NCBI GenBank assembly: GCA_964244185.1
Contig: CAXTHQ010000010.1
Span: forward strand, 1,884-65,883
Length of the DNA: 64,000 nucleotides
Source of the DNA: an uncultured Sphingomonas sp.
Lineage (GTDB): Bacteria > Pseudomonadota > Alphaproteobacteria > Sphingomonadales > Sphingomonadaceae
Direction of reading: 5' to 3'
Part shown: piece by piece, positions 26,921-40,173 of the stretch
Layout: the number at the start of each line of letters is the position of its first letter
Numbering within the stretch: the stretch's first letter is position 1
Notes under the pieces: model-generated
Seen by the model: only the letters and a program-made list of their open reading frames with translations
What the model was told of the DNA's origin: nothing
The model's database searches: none
Made by a program: the position numbers and the translations under genes

Positions 26921-26944
26921 CCGGGGGTTCGCCATATCCCCCCC

Positions 26945-27541
26945 ATGGCCTCCCCCGAGATCGAGACCCTGACCCAGGCGCTCGCGCGTCTCCCCGGGCT
27001 CGGCCCCCGTTCGGCGCGGCGCGCGGTGCTGCACCTGCTCAAGCGGCGCGAGAATGCGCTCGGCCCGCTGCTCGCCGCGCTCCAGGCGGTCGAGGCGCGC
27101 CTCGCCACCTGCTCGATCTGCGGCAATGTCGACACCAGCGACCCGTGTCAGGTCTGCGCCGACCCCCGCCGCGACGCCCGCGCGCTGTGCGTCGTCGAAG
27201 AAGTGGCCGACCTCTGGGCGCTCGACCGCTCGCGGCTCTTCCCGGGCCGCTTCCACGTGCTCGGCGGCCGGCTCTCGGCGCTCGAAGGCGTTCGCCCCGA
27301 GGATCTCGCGATCGACACGCTCGTCCGCCGCGTCGAGGCGGGCGGCATCGACGAGGTCGTGCTGGCGATGAACGCGACGCTGGAGGGCCAGACCACCGCG
27401 CACTACGTCGCCGAACGCATCGAGCGATTCCCGGTTCGCGTCACCCAATTGGCCCACGGCCTGCCGGTGGGGGGCGAACTCGACTATCTCGACGAGGGCA
27501 CGTTGGCCCAGGCGCTGCGGGCGAGAAGGCCAGTGGCGTAA
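26945..27541 (+). CDS. recR: Recombination mediator RecR
   Basis: [12 protein letters not shown]4 zinc finger, [34 protein letters not shown]. Confidence 0.97.
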   Translation: MASPEIETLTQALARLPGLGPRSARRAVLHLLKRRENALGPLLAALQAVEARLATCSICGNVDTSDPCQVCADPRRDARALCVVEEVADLWALDRSRLFPGRFHVLGGRLSALEGVRPEDLAIDTLVRRVEAGGIDEVVLAMNATLEGQTTAHYVAERIERFPVRVTQLAHGLPVGGELDYLDEGTLAQALRARRPVA

Positions 27542-27554
27542 CCTGGTGGTCCGA

Positions 27555-27650
27555 TCACCCTCACCCTTCCGGCACTGACGCGCCTCCCTCCCTCCCCTAC
27601 TGGGAGAGGGAAGGGGCCCGCCGCGCCAGCGGTGGGAAGGGTGAGGGTGA
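27555..27650. repeat. TCACCCTCACCC-family palindromic element
   Basis: tcaccctcacccttcc ... ccctcccc-tact-gggagaggg ... ggaagggtgagggtga. Confidence 0.85.
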
Positions 27651-27687
27651 CTTGACCACTTCCCTCCCCGAAACTAGCTCCCGCGCC

Positions 27688-28212
27688 ATGGCCGTCCTCC
27701 CCATCGTCGAAGTCCCCGACCCCCGCCTCCGCCTCGTCTCGCGCGCCATCGAGGCGGTGGACGACGGCGTCCGCCGGCTCGTCGCCGACATGATCGACAC
27801 GATGTACGCCGCCCATGGCATCGGCCTCGCCGCGATCCAGGTCGGCGTCGACCGCCGCGTGCTGGTGATCGACCTGCAGGAAGAGAAGGACGCCGACGAC
27901 AAGCCGATCCGCGACCCCCATGCCTATATCAACCCCAAGATCCTTTCGGTCTCCGACGACCTCACCACCTACAACGAAGGCTGCCTGTCGATCCCCGAGC
28001 AGTATGCCGAGGTCGCCCGCCCCGCACGCTGCCGCGTTAGCTGGCTCGACGAGACCGGAGCCGCCCACGAAGCCGAACTCGACGGCCTGCTCGCCACCTG
28101 TATGCAGCACGAGATCGACCATCTGAACGGCGTGCTCTTCACCGACCATCTGAGCCGCCTGAAGCGCGACATGGTGATGAGGAAGCTGGCGAAGCTGCGC
28201 AAAGCCGCCTGA
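27688..28212 (+). CDS. def: Peptide deformylase
   Basis: GIGLAAIQ, EGCLS, QHEIDHLNG. Confidence 0.97.
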   Translation: MAVLPIVEVPDPRLRLVSRAIEAVDDGVRRLVADMIDTMYAAHGIGLAAIQVGVDRRVLVIDLQEEKDADDKPIRDPHAYINPKILSVSDDLTTYNEGCLSIPEQYAEVARPARCRVSWLDETGAAHEAELDGLLATCMQHEIDHLNGVLFTDHLSRLKRDMVMRKLAKLRKAA

Positions 28213-28217
28213 CCTCT

Positions 28218-28325
28218 CGTCAACCCGGCCGAAGATGCGGGGTCCAAGGCAATATCGAGTGATATGCTTCTTCACGGAGCGACAAACACAAATCGAGCTT
28301 GGATGCCAGCAAGGCCGGCATGACG
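28218..28325. repeat. Degenerate CGTCA-family element
   Basis: cgtcaacccggcc...ggggtccaag ... cttggatgccagcaaggccggcatgacg. Confidence 0.75.
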
Positions 28326-28356
28326 GTGGAAAAATCGGGGCTGTCCTACACCCGCC

Positions 28357-28371
28357 GTTCCGGCTACGTTC
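28357..28371. promoter_or_regulatory. Candidate alphaproteobacterial LexA box upstream of rmuC
   Basis: GTTC-cggctac-GTTC is an exact GTTC-N7-GTTC match. Confidence 0.5.
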
Positions 28372-28527
28372 CCCCCCCGCGCGTTCGCCCGCATCGCGGC
28401 AAGAGAGGCGTAGATATGTCGTTTTCCCGGCAACTTCGACAATTTCCACGCCCGGTCGCGGCTGTGCCGATACACTGTCGCGCGCGCACGCGAGAGGGTG
28501 CGACTTTTGTGACTTTCGGAACCGCCC

Positions 28528-29856
28528 GTGGCTGAACTCGTCCTCGTCGCGCTCCTCGCGCTCGCCGCCGGCCTGCTGGTCGGCTGGCTGGTCGCCGGCC
28601 GCCGGTCGGGCGCGCTGTCGTCCGACCTCGCCGTCGCCCAGAACCGCGCCGCCGACGCCGATCTCGTCCGCCAGGCGCGCGACGCCGTCGAGCGCGAGCG
28701 CAACGAGGCGATGCAGGCGCTCGCCGCGCTCAAGGCGCAAGGCGCCGCCCGCGACGAGGCCCACGCCACAGCACTCCGGACCCTGCGCGAATCGATGGAA
28801 GCGCAGTTCAACGCCGCCGCCGCCAAGGCGCTGGAGAATGCCCAGGCCCAGTTCCTCGCCCGCGCCGACGAACGCTTCCGCCAGTCCGAGGAGACCAGCG
28901 GCCGCTCGCTCAAGGCGCTGCTCCAGCCCGTCACCGACCGCCTCCAGCGCTACGAGGAGGGCGTCCGCAAGGTCGAGGACGAGCGCCGCTCGGCGTTCGG
29001 CGAACTCAAGGGCCAGATCGAGACGATGCGCGTCGGGCAGGAGCGCGTGTCGAGCGAGGCCGCCAAGCTCGTCAACGCGCTGCGCAACGCTCCCAAGGCG
29101 CGCGGTCGCTGGGGCGAGCAGCAGCTCCGCAACGTGCTCGAAAGCTGCGGCCTGTCCGAGCACGCCGATTTCCAGACCGAGGTCAGCGTCACGGACGGGG
29201 AGGGGGGCCGGCTGCGCCCCGACGTCATCATCCGCGTGCCGGGTGGCAATTCGCTGGTGATCGACGCCAAGGTGTCCTTGAACGCCTATCAGGACGCCTT
29301 TGGCGCGACCGACGAACAGGAGCGCCTGATCGGCCTCGCCGCCCACGCCACCGCGATGCGCGCCCACGTCAACGGGCTCGGCAACAAGGCCTATTGGAAC
29401 CAGTTCGCCGACGCCCCCGACTATGTCATCATGTTCGTGCCCGGCGAGCATTTCCTATCCGCTGCGCTGGAGCACGACCCGACGCTCTGGGACTTCGCCT
29501 TCGACAAGCGCGTGTTGCTGGCGACCCCGACCAACCTCATTGCCATCGCCCGTACCGTCGCGGCGGTGTGGCGGCAGGAGAAACTGGCGGGCGAGGCGAG
29601 GGCGATCGCCGAACTCGGCAAGGAACTATATGCCCGCCTGACGGTGATGGGCAGCCACGTCGCCAAGCTCGGCCGCCACCTCGCCCAGGCCAACGACGGC
29701 TACAACGCCTTCGTCGGCAGCCTCGAATCGCAGGTGCTGACCTCAGCCAAGCGCTTCGAGCAACTCAATATCGACACCGGCGGGAAGACGATCGAATCGC
29801 CCCCGGTGATCGAACAGGCGGTGCGGCCGCTGACCAAGCTGACAGCGGTGGAATAG
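28528..29856 (+). CDS. rmuC: DNA recombination protein RmuC
   Basis: N-terminal TM, coiled coil, RGRWGEQQL, LRPDVII..PG, VIDAKV, MFVPGE, LATPTNL. Confidence 0.93.
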   Translation: MAELVLVALLALAAGLLVGWLVAGRRSGALSSDLAVAQNRAADADLVRQARDAVERERNEAMQALAALKAQGAARDEAHATALRTLRESMEAQFNAAAAKALENAQAQFLARADERFRQSEETSGRSLKALLQPVTDRLQRYEEGVRKVEDERRSAFGELKGQIETMRVGQERVSSEAAKLVNALRNAPKARGRWGEQQLRNVLESCGLSEHADFQTEVSVTDGEGGRLRPDVIIRVPGGNSLVIDAKVSLNAYQDAFGATDEQERLIGLAAHATAMRAHVNGLGNKAYWNQFADAPDYVIMFVPGEHFLSAALEHDPTLWDFAFDKRVLLATPTNLIAIARTVAAVWRQEKLAGEARAIAELGKELYARLTVMGSHVAKLGRHLAQANDGYNAFVGSLESQVLTSAKRFEQLNIDTGGKTIESPPVIEQAVRPLTKLTAVE

Positions 29857-29861
29857 CCCGC

Positions 29862-29974
29862 CGTCACCCCGGCCTTGTGCCGGGGTCTACTCCCGCACTG
29901 GCCCTACCGCCCGGAGTCATCTTCAGCGTTTCGCTCGGTATGGGGGTGGATGCCGGCACAAGGCCGGCATGACG
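29862..29974. repeat. CGTCA-family palindromic element
   Basis: cgtcaccccggccttgtgccggggtctac ... gtggatgccggcacaaggccggcatgacg between convergent genes. Confidence 0.9.
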
Positions 29975-30772
29975 TTATGCGCTTTGCCCCAACACCTCAT
30001 ACGCCATCACCGCCGTCGCCACCGCTGCATTCAGGCTGTCCGCCTTTCCCAGCATCGGAATCTTGACCAGCAGGTCGCACGCCGCCGCATAGTCGGCCGG
30101 CATCCCCTGCGCCTCGTTCCCCGTCAGCAGGAAGGTCGGCGCCGCATAGGCTGCCGCCCGGTAGTCACGGTCGGTATCGAGGCTCAACCCCACCAATTGC
30201 CCCGGCCCGGCGCGCAGCCACGCCAGGAACGCCGCCCATTCCGTCCGCACCACCGGCACCGTGAACAGCGCCCCCATGCTCGCCCGCACCGCCTCGACCG
30301 AAAAGGGGTCGACGCACTCGCCGATCAGGATCAGGGCCCCCGCGCCGACCGCGTCGCCGGTGCGCAGCATCGTCCCCAGATTGCCCGGGTCGCGCAGCCT
30401 TTCCGCCACCAGCCAGATCGCCGCCGCCCCCCGGTCGAGCGCGTCGAGCGGCGTCTCGAAGGCGTCGAACACCCCCACCACCGCCTGCGGATTGTCCTTG
30501 CCCGACAGCTTGGACAAGATGTCGGGCGTCGTCTCGATCGCCTCGCCACCCGCCGCCTCGACCTCGTCGACCAGCGCCCGCACCAGCGCATGCCCGGCGC
30601 TCGCGGCGGCATAGAAGATCAGCGCCGGCAACCGCCCCGCCTCGCGCGCCTCCGTCAGGATGCGTAGCCCCTCGGCCAGAAATTGCCCCGATTCGCGCCG
30701 ATGCCGTTTGTCGCGCAGGTCGCGCACCTGCTTCAGCAGGGGGTTGGAATAAGCGGTGATGATGCGCGGCAT
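29975..30772 (-). CDS. TrmH/SpoU family RNA methyltransferase
   Basis: DPGNLGTMLRT, RASMGA, GNEAQG, IPMLGKADSLNAAVA. Confidence 0.92.
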   Translation of the reverse strand: MPRIITAYSNPLLKQVRDLRDKRHRRESGQFLAEGLRILTEAREAGRLPALIFYAAASAGHALVRALVDEVEAAGGEAIETTPDILSKLSGKDNPQAVVGVFDAFETPLDALDRGAAAIWLVAERLRDPGNLGTMLRTGDAVGAGALILIGECVDPFSVEAVRASMGALFTVPVVRTEWAAFLAWLRAGPGQLVGLSLDTDRDYRAAAYAAPTFLLTGNEAQGMPADYAAACDLLVKIPMLGKADSLNAAVATAVMAYEVLGQSA

Positions 30773-30784
30773 GACCCGCTCTAC

Positions 30785-30842
30785 CCGTTCGTTCCGAGCG
30801 AAGTCGAGGAACCGGTGTCTCGACTACGCTCAACACGAACGG
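30785..30842. repeat. CCGTTCG-type palindromic element
   Basis: ccgttcgttccgagcgaagtcgagga...tctcgactacgctcaacacgaacgg; imperfect inverted repeat, single copy in the window. Confidence 0.7.
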
Positions 30843-30848
30843 CGGGGG

Positions 30849-31127
30849 TCAATCCTCGCCGAACTTGGCCTCGACCAGCGCCACCAGCGCCGCGACCGAC
30901 GCATCGGCGCCCTCCGCGTCGGCGCTGATGACGATGCTGTCGCCCATCGCCGCGCCGAGCATCATCAGCCCCATGATCGACGTGCCCGTCACCGGCTCGC
31001 CGCCGCCGTCCTTCTCGACATGGACCTCGCAGGGCTGCTCAGCCGCCAGCGTCACGAACTTCGCCGACGCGCGGGCGTGCAGCCCCCGACGGTTGGCGAT
31101 GGTGACGACGCGCCGGACGGCGCTCAT
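30849..31127 (-). CDS. HPr/NPr phosphocarrier protein
   Basis: NRRGLHARAS, SIMGLMMLGA. Confidence 0.95.
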   Translation of the reverse strand: MSAVRRVVTIANRRGLHARASAKFVTLAAEQPCEVHVEKDGGGEPVTGTSIMGLMMLGAAMGDSIVISADAEGADASVAALVALVEAKFGED

Positions 31128-31137
31128 GCGCCCCACC

Positions 31138-31545
31138 TCATGCGGCGGCCTCGCCCAGCACCTCGGAAGCGACCGAGATATATTTCCGCCCCGCCTCGCG
31201 CGCCGCGGCGACGGCGGCGGTGACGCCCATCGCCTTGCGCGCCGAGCCGAGCCGGATGAGCATCGGCAGGTTCATCCCCGCGATCACCTCGACCCGCCCA
31301 CGCTCCATCAGCGAGATGGCAAGGTTGGACGGGGTGCCGCCGAACAGGTCGGTCAGCACGATCACGCCGTTGCCCGTCTCGACCCGCGCGATCGCGTCGG
31401 CGATGTCGGTGCGGCGGCCTTCCATGTCGTCGTCCGGCCCGATCGCGATCGCCGCGATCTGCTCCTGCGGCCCGACGACATGCGCCATCGCGGTCACGAA
31501 CTCGTCCGCGAGCCGCCCATGGGTCACCAACACCAAGCCGATCAT
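31138..31545 (-). CDS. PTS EIIA component, mannose/fructose family
   Basis: MIGLVLVTHG, TDLFGGTPSN, AGMNLPML. Confidence 0.93.
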   Translation of the reverse strand: MIGLVLVTHGRLADEFVTAMAHVVGPQEQIAAIAIGPDDDMEGRRTDIADAIARVETGNGVIVLTDLFGGTPSNLAISLMERGRVEVIAGMNLPMLIRLGSARKAMGVTAAVAAAREAGRKYISVASEVLGEAAA

Positions 31546-31554
31546 GCGATGCGC

Positions 31555-32481
31555 TTACCTGTGTTCACCCGCCGGGCGGCGGTCTTCCAGCGAGTCCTGC
31601 GGCGCGGCCTTCAGGTCGCGATGGGTGACCGTGGGCGAAAAACCGCGGTCGCGCAACCATCCGGCGATGCGCTCGGCGACGTGGACCGAACGGTGTCTCC
31701 CTCCGGTACACCCGATCGCGATCGTAACATAGGACTTGCCTTCCGCCCGATAGCGCGGAACCAGCAGCCCGATCAGCTCCTCGATCCGCCCGACCGCCTC
31801 TTCATAGGCGGGGTCGGCCGCGACATAGGCGGCGACGTCGGCATCCAGCCCCGTGCCCGGCCGCAGCGCCGCCATCCAATGCGGGTTCCGGAGGAAGCGC
31901 ATGTCGAACACGAGATCGGCGTTGCGCGGCAGCCCGCGCGCGAAACCGAACGAGGTGACCGCGAGCACCGGCTCGTCCGCGCCATGCCCGCCGAACATCG
32001 CGCGGACCTGGCCGGCGAGTTCGTGCGCCGACAGGCTGGTGGTGTCGATCAGCCGGTTCGCCCATTCGCGCAACGGCGCCAGCAGCTCGCGCTCGCGGGC
32101 GATGCCGTCCGCCGCCGGCCGGTCGGGCGCGAGCGGATGGCGGCGGCGCGTCTCGGCATAGCGCCGCTCCAGCTCGCCGCCCGCGCAATCGAGGAACAGC
32201 GCGCCGACCTCCAGCCCCTGCTGCTCGCGCAGCGCCGTCGCGCGGGCGATGATCCGCGCCGGGTCGAAGCTCCGCGTCCGCGCGCCCAGCCCCAGCGCCA
32301 GCGGCCGCGGCTCGGCCCCCGCATCGGCGGCCGGCGGTGCCGCGAGCAGGCGGTCGAGCAGGGGGAGGGGGAGGTTGTCGACAACCTCCCAGCCCAGATC
32401 TTCCAGCGTCTTGAGCACGGTCGACTTGCCCGCCCCCGACATGCCGGTGACCAGCAGAACGCCCGGCGTCGCGATGGTCAT
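31555..32481 (-). CDS. rapZ: RNase adapter RapZ
   Basis: TGMSGAGKS, VDNLP, ETRRRHPL, SFGF, DMRFLRNP, GCTGGRHRSV. Confidence 0.95.
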   Translation of the reverse strand: MTIATPGVLLVTGMSGAGKSTVLKTLEDLGWEVVDNLPLPLLDRLLAAPPAADAGAEPRPLALGLGARTRSFDPARIIARATALREQQGLEVGALFLDCAGGELERRYAETRRRHPLAPDRPAADGIARERELLAPLREWANRLIDTTSLSAHELAGQVRAMFGGHGADEPVLAVTSFGFARGLPRNADLVFDMRFLRNPHWMAALRPGTGLDADVAAYVAADPAYEEAVGRIEELIGLLVPRYRAEGKSYVTIAIGCTGGRHRSVHVAERIAGWLRDRGFSPTVTHRDLKAAPQDSLEDRRPAGEHR

Positions 32482-32912
32482 GCCGGCGGCAGCCCGGGCT
32501 GACGCAGCGCCCATTCGACCTTGATCGGGGCGGAGGCGCGGAACGGGTCGAGCGTCACCTCGCGCACCGCGACGCCCGCGATGCGGCGCGTGCGGCGCTC
32601 CAGCAGGCGCTGGTCCTCGGTCGCGAGCCGCACGATCAACGCCACCGGCGCGGCATCGACATGGGCGGTATCGGCGAGGCCGAGCCCGCGCACCTCGATC
32701 CGACCAGCCATCGTCAACGGCGCATAGGCGACCAGCCGCTCGCCGTCGCGCGTCACCCGCGTCCGGTCGTCGCTGACCAGCACCGCGCCCCGGTCGATCA
32801 GCCGCAGCGCCAGGTCGGACTTGCCCGCGCCGGATGGCCCCTCGATCACCACCGCCAGTCCGTCGATCGCGACGGTGGTGGCGTGGAGCGTATCGGAGGA
32901 GAGCGAGGGCAG
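32478..32912 (-). CDS. hprK: Short alphaproteobacterial HPr kinase/phosphorylase
   Basis: TLHATTVAI, GPSGAGKSDLAL, LVSDD, IEVRGLG. Conserved N-terminus extends upstream of the ORF-track GTG, so a CTG start is proposed. Confidence 0.85.
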   Translation of the reverse strand: MPSLSSDTLHATTVAIDGLAVVIEGPSGAGKSDLALRLIDRGAVLVSDDRTRVTRDGERLVAYAPLTMAGRIEVRGLGLADTAHVDAAPVALIVRLATEDQRLLERRTRRIAGVAVREVTLDPFRASAPIKVEWALRQPGLPPA

Positions 32913-32926
32913 GGTGAGGCTCCGGG

Positions 32927-34498
32927 TCAGATCAGCGGCAGGCGGACGACGAAGCGCGCACCCGCCAGCCGGTCCTCGCGCGATTCGACGATGATCGCGC
33001 CCTGATGCCCCTCGACGATAGTGCGCGCAATGGCGAGCCCCAGCCCGGAATGCTGGCCGAACTCCTCGCTGTCGGGGCGTACCGACTGGAACCGGCTGAA
33101 GATCGCCTCGCGTGCCTCCTCCGGCACGCCCGATCCTTCATCCTCGACCCTGACGACGAGATCGCGCCGCTCGCGCCCCGCCGCGACGGTGACGAGGCCG
33201 TTGTCGGGCGAGAAGGACACCGCATTGTCGAGCAGGTTCTCGAACACCCGCTCCAGCCGCGCGCCTTCGCCGAGCACGAGCAGCGGCGTCGTGCCCTCGC
33301 GATCGAAGCGGATGCGGACGCCGCGCGCATGGCCGCGCTCCTCGCGCTGGCCGAGCAACCCGGCGAGCAGCGCGGCGACATCGACCGGCTCGAAGGTCGC
33401 GCGGCTGAGCTGCGCGTCGAGCCGCGACGCCTCGGAGATGTCGCTGATCAGCCGGTCGAGCCGCCGCACATCATCGCCGACGATCGCCAGCAGCCGCGCC
33501 TGCAATGCGGGATCCTTGACCCGCCCCAGCCCGTCGACGGCGGAGCGCAGCGACGCGAGCGGGTTCTTCAGCTCGTGCGTCACGTCCGCCGCGAACGCCT
33601 CGGTCGCGTCGATCCGCGCGCGCAGCGCGAGGCTCATGTCCGACAGCGCGCGCGCCAGCATCCCCAGCTCGTCGCGCCGGTCGGGCAGGCGCGGCACCAC
33701 CACCTCGCGCGCGCGTCCCAGCCGCACCCGCACCGCCGCGCGCGCCAGCCGCCGCAACGGCCGCACGATCGTCCGCGCCAGGAACAGCGACAGCAGCACC
33801 GAGATCAGCGTGACGACGAAGAGCACGACGCCGAGGCGAAACCGCTCGAACCGCACCGTCTGCGTGATGTCGCGCGCGTTCACCGCGGTCAGCACCGTCG
33901 CGCCATCGGTGGTGGGCGCGGCGGCGGTGATGACGGGCGTGCGGTCGGGCGCGCGCCATACCGTGGCGGCGACCGCGCGCTCGTCGTGCGCGGCCTTCAG
34001 GTCGGGGAATCCCGCGCCGACGCGGCGCTCGCGATACAGCGGCGCGCGCGGCGCGCCGACCACGGTGTCGAGCACCGCGTCGAGGAAGCGCGCGGTGACC
34101 TGACCCCAGCCTTCCTTGTCGGGATCGATCAGCACGAAGTTGCGCACCCCCATCGCCCGGCTGTCGGCGGTCGGTCGGCCGTCCGGCCCGAACACGCGGA
34201 TGCGCAGGCCGGTGTCGGTCGCCAGCCGCGCCAGCAGCGCCGGACGCCCCTTCGGTGGACTGGCGTTGAGCGCCTCGCCGATCAGCCGTGCCTCGCGCAG
34301 GCTCCGCGCGACCCGGTAATCGACGATCCGCGACCGGAACGAATCGAGGTAGAAGAACCCCCCCGCCAGCAGCAGCAGCGCGACGATATTGACCGCGAGG
34401 ATGCGCTGGGTGAGCGAGACCCGGCCCGACCAGCGCAGCGCGAGATCGCCGGGCTCGCGGGCGGCCTCACTCTTCGGAGAATCGGTAACCGGCGCCAT
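32927..34498 (-). CDS. chvG: Sensor histidine kinase ChvG/ExoS-like
   Basis: [14 protein letters not shown] region, [27 protein letters not shown]; canonical pckA-chvI-chvG-hprK synteny. Confidence 0.9.
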   Translation of the reverse strand: MAPVTDSPKSEAAREPGDLALRWSGRVSLTQRILAVNIVALLLLAGGFFYLDSFRSRIVDYRVARSLREARLIGEALNASPPKGRPALLARLATDTGLRIRVFGPDGRPTADSRAMGVRNFVLIDPDKEGWGQVTARFLDAVLDTVVGAPRAPLYRERRVGAGFPDLKAAHDERAVAATVWRAPDRTPVITAAAPTTDGATVLTAVNARDITQTVRFERFRLGVVLFVVTLISVLLSLFLARTIVRPLRRLARAAVRVRLGRAREVVVPRLPDRRDELGMLARALSDMSLALRARIDATEAFAADVTHELKNPLASLRSAVDGLGRVKDPALQARLLAIVGDDVRRLDRLISDISEASRLDAQLSRATFEPVDVAALLAGLLGQREERGHARGVRIRFDREGTTPLLVLGEGARLERVFENLLDNAVSFSPDNGLVTVAAGRERRDLVVRVEDEGSGVPEEAREAIFSRFQSVRPDSEEFGQHSGLGLAIARTIVEGHQGAIIVESREDRLAGARFVVRLPLI

Positions 34499-35171
34499 AC
34501 AATGTCTCGATGGCGTCGAAGCCGGGGTCCAGCGCGCGGAACTTGCGCCGCAGCCGTTTGATGTGGCTGTCGATGGTGCGGTCGTCGACGTAGATGTCGT
34601 CGCTGTAGGCGGCGTCCATCAACTGGTTGCGCGTCTTGACGATGCCCGGCCGCTGCGCGAGCGTCTCCAATATCAGGAACTCGGTGACGGTCAGCGTCAC
34701 CGCGTCGCCGCTCCACGTCGTGCGATGGCGGGCCGGGTCCATCGTCAGCCGCCCGCGCGTCAGCGGCTCGGCCGCCTCGCCGCCGGCCTCGCCCGCCGCC
34801 TGGGGGGGCTCGGTGCGGCGCAGGATGGCGCGGACGCGCGCGATCAGCAGGCGCTGGCTGAACGGCTTGGCGATATAATCGTCCGCGCCCGCCGCCAGCC
34901 CCTCTGCCTCGTCGAGCTCGTCGTCCTTGCTGGTCAGGAAGATCACCGGCGTCTGCACCTTCTCGCGCAGCCGCCGCAACAGCTCCAGCCCGTCCATCCG
35001 CGGCATCTTGATGTCGAAGATGCAGAGGTCGGGCGGGTTGTCGCTCAACGCCTTCAGCGCCGCCTCGCCGTCCGAATAGACGCGCGTCAGGAAGCCCTCG
35101 GCCTGCAAGGCGATCGACACCGACGTCAGGATGTTGCGGTCGTCATCGACCAGGGCGATCGTGGCCGTCAT
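34467..35171 (-). CDS. chvI: OmpR-family response regulator ChvI
   Basis: [49 protein letters not shown]. Confidence 0.93.
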   Translation of the reverse strand: MTATIALVDDDRNILTSVSIALQAEGFLTRVYSDGEAALKALSDNPPDLCIFDIKMPRMDGLELLRRLREKVQTPVIFLTSKDDELDEAEGLAAGADDYIAKPFSQRLLIARVRAILRRTEPPQAAGEAGGEAAEPLTRGRLTMDPARHRTTWSGDAVTLTVTEFLILETLAQRPGIVKTRNQLMDAAYSDDIYVDDRTIDSHIKRLRRKFRALDPGFDAIETLYGAGYRFSEE

Positions 35172-35288
35172 CTGTGTCCCGCGATAGAACATGGATGGCG
35201 TCGGCTCAACCGACAGCGGTTAACGGGTTTGACCGTCCCCCCCGCGCTGGATAAGCGCCGGGAGATAACAGATTAGTGAGATAAGAGA

Positions 35289-36920
<1,632 letters not shown>

Positions 36921-36933
36921 CGTCGGGCTCCGT

Positions 36934-37386
36934 TCAGGAGAGCGCGCGGGGCATCCCCGTCGCGACGGCCTCCACTACCAGCTCGCCGCCGTCATGCCCG
37001 ATCACGCGCGCCCTGGCGTCGACCGGCAGGTCCGGACCGATTGCGGGCCACGCGCCGTCGCCGACCCGCACGCGGCCGCGCCCGTCGACGATCGCTTGCT
37101 CGACGGTGACGACCGTCCCGACCAGCCGCTCGGCGCGGTCGTTGAGCAGCGGGTCGTCGGTCGGCACCGGCCGCTCGTGATAGAGCCGCCGCCCGAGCGC
37201 CACCGCCGCGACGCTGCTCAACGCGAAGCACACGCCTTGCGCCCATAGCGGCGCATCCACGCTGACCAGCACCAGCAGCCCCGTGAGCGCGGCGGCAGCG
37301 GCGAAGAAGACGAGGTAGATGCCGGGCAGGACAAGCTCGGTCAGTCCCAGCAGCGCCGCGAGCCCCAGCCAGTACCAGCCGCTCAC
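36934..37386 (-). CDS. NfeD-like membrane protein (SPFH partner)
   Basis: TM N-terminus, LLNDR, GRVRVGDGAW; downstream of the SPFH gene. Confidence 0.85.
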   Translation of the reverse strand: MSGWYWLGLAALLGLTELVLPGIYLVFFAAAAALTGLLVLVSVDAPLWAQGVCFALSSVAAVALGRRLYHERPVPTDDPLLNDRAERLVGTVVTVEQAIVDGRGRVRVGDGAWPAIGPDLPVDARARVIGHDGGELVVEAVATGMPRALS

Positions 37387-37390
37387 GCGC

Positions 37391-39914
<2,524 letters not shown>

Positions 39915-39918
39915 TTAT

Positions 39919-40019
39919 CATCATGCCGGCCTCGTGCCGGCATCCACCGCAGGTCTGTGCCTACCTTCGGAAGACAGCGACATGCCCATGGTGGATGCCG
40001 GGACGAGCCCGGCATGACG
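39919..40019. repeat. CGTCA-family palindromic element
   Basis: catcatgccggcctcgtgccggcatccacc ... ggtggatgccgggacgagcccggcatgacg. Confidence 0.9.
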
Positions 40020-40173
40020 AACATCGCGACAATGAGCTGTCCTACACGCCACGAGCGTGTCAGGGCGACGGGATGTCCTCAAGCGCTGCCTTGTTCCGCC
40101 ACCGACCTGATCGCCCGGAAACACCCGCGAACATCGAGATAAACGCGATTCCCGCCAACTTCGACAACTTCCG

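Noticed and set aside
25753-28212. 819-aa ORF suggesting a giant Def fusion
   Set aside because: Only the last 174 aa are Def; the rest overlaps fmt and recR and is Arg/Pro-rich noise. The same applies to the over-extended dapA, ppk1, lptD, GNAT, fmt and purM ORF-track starts.
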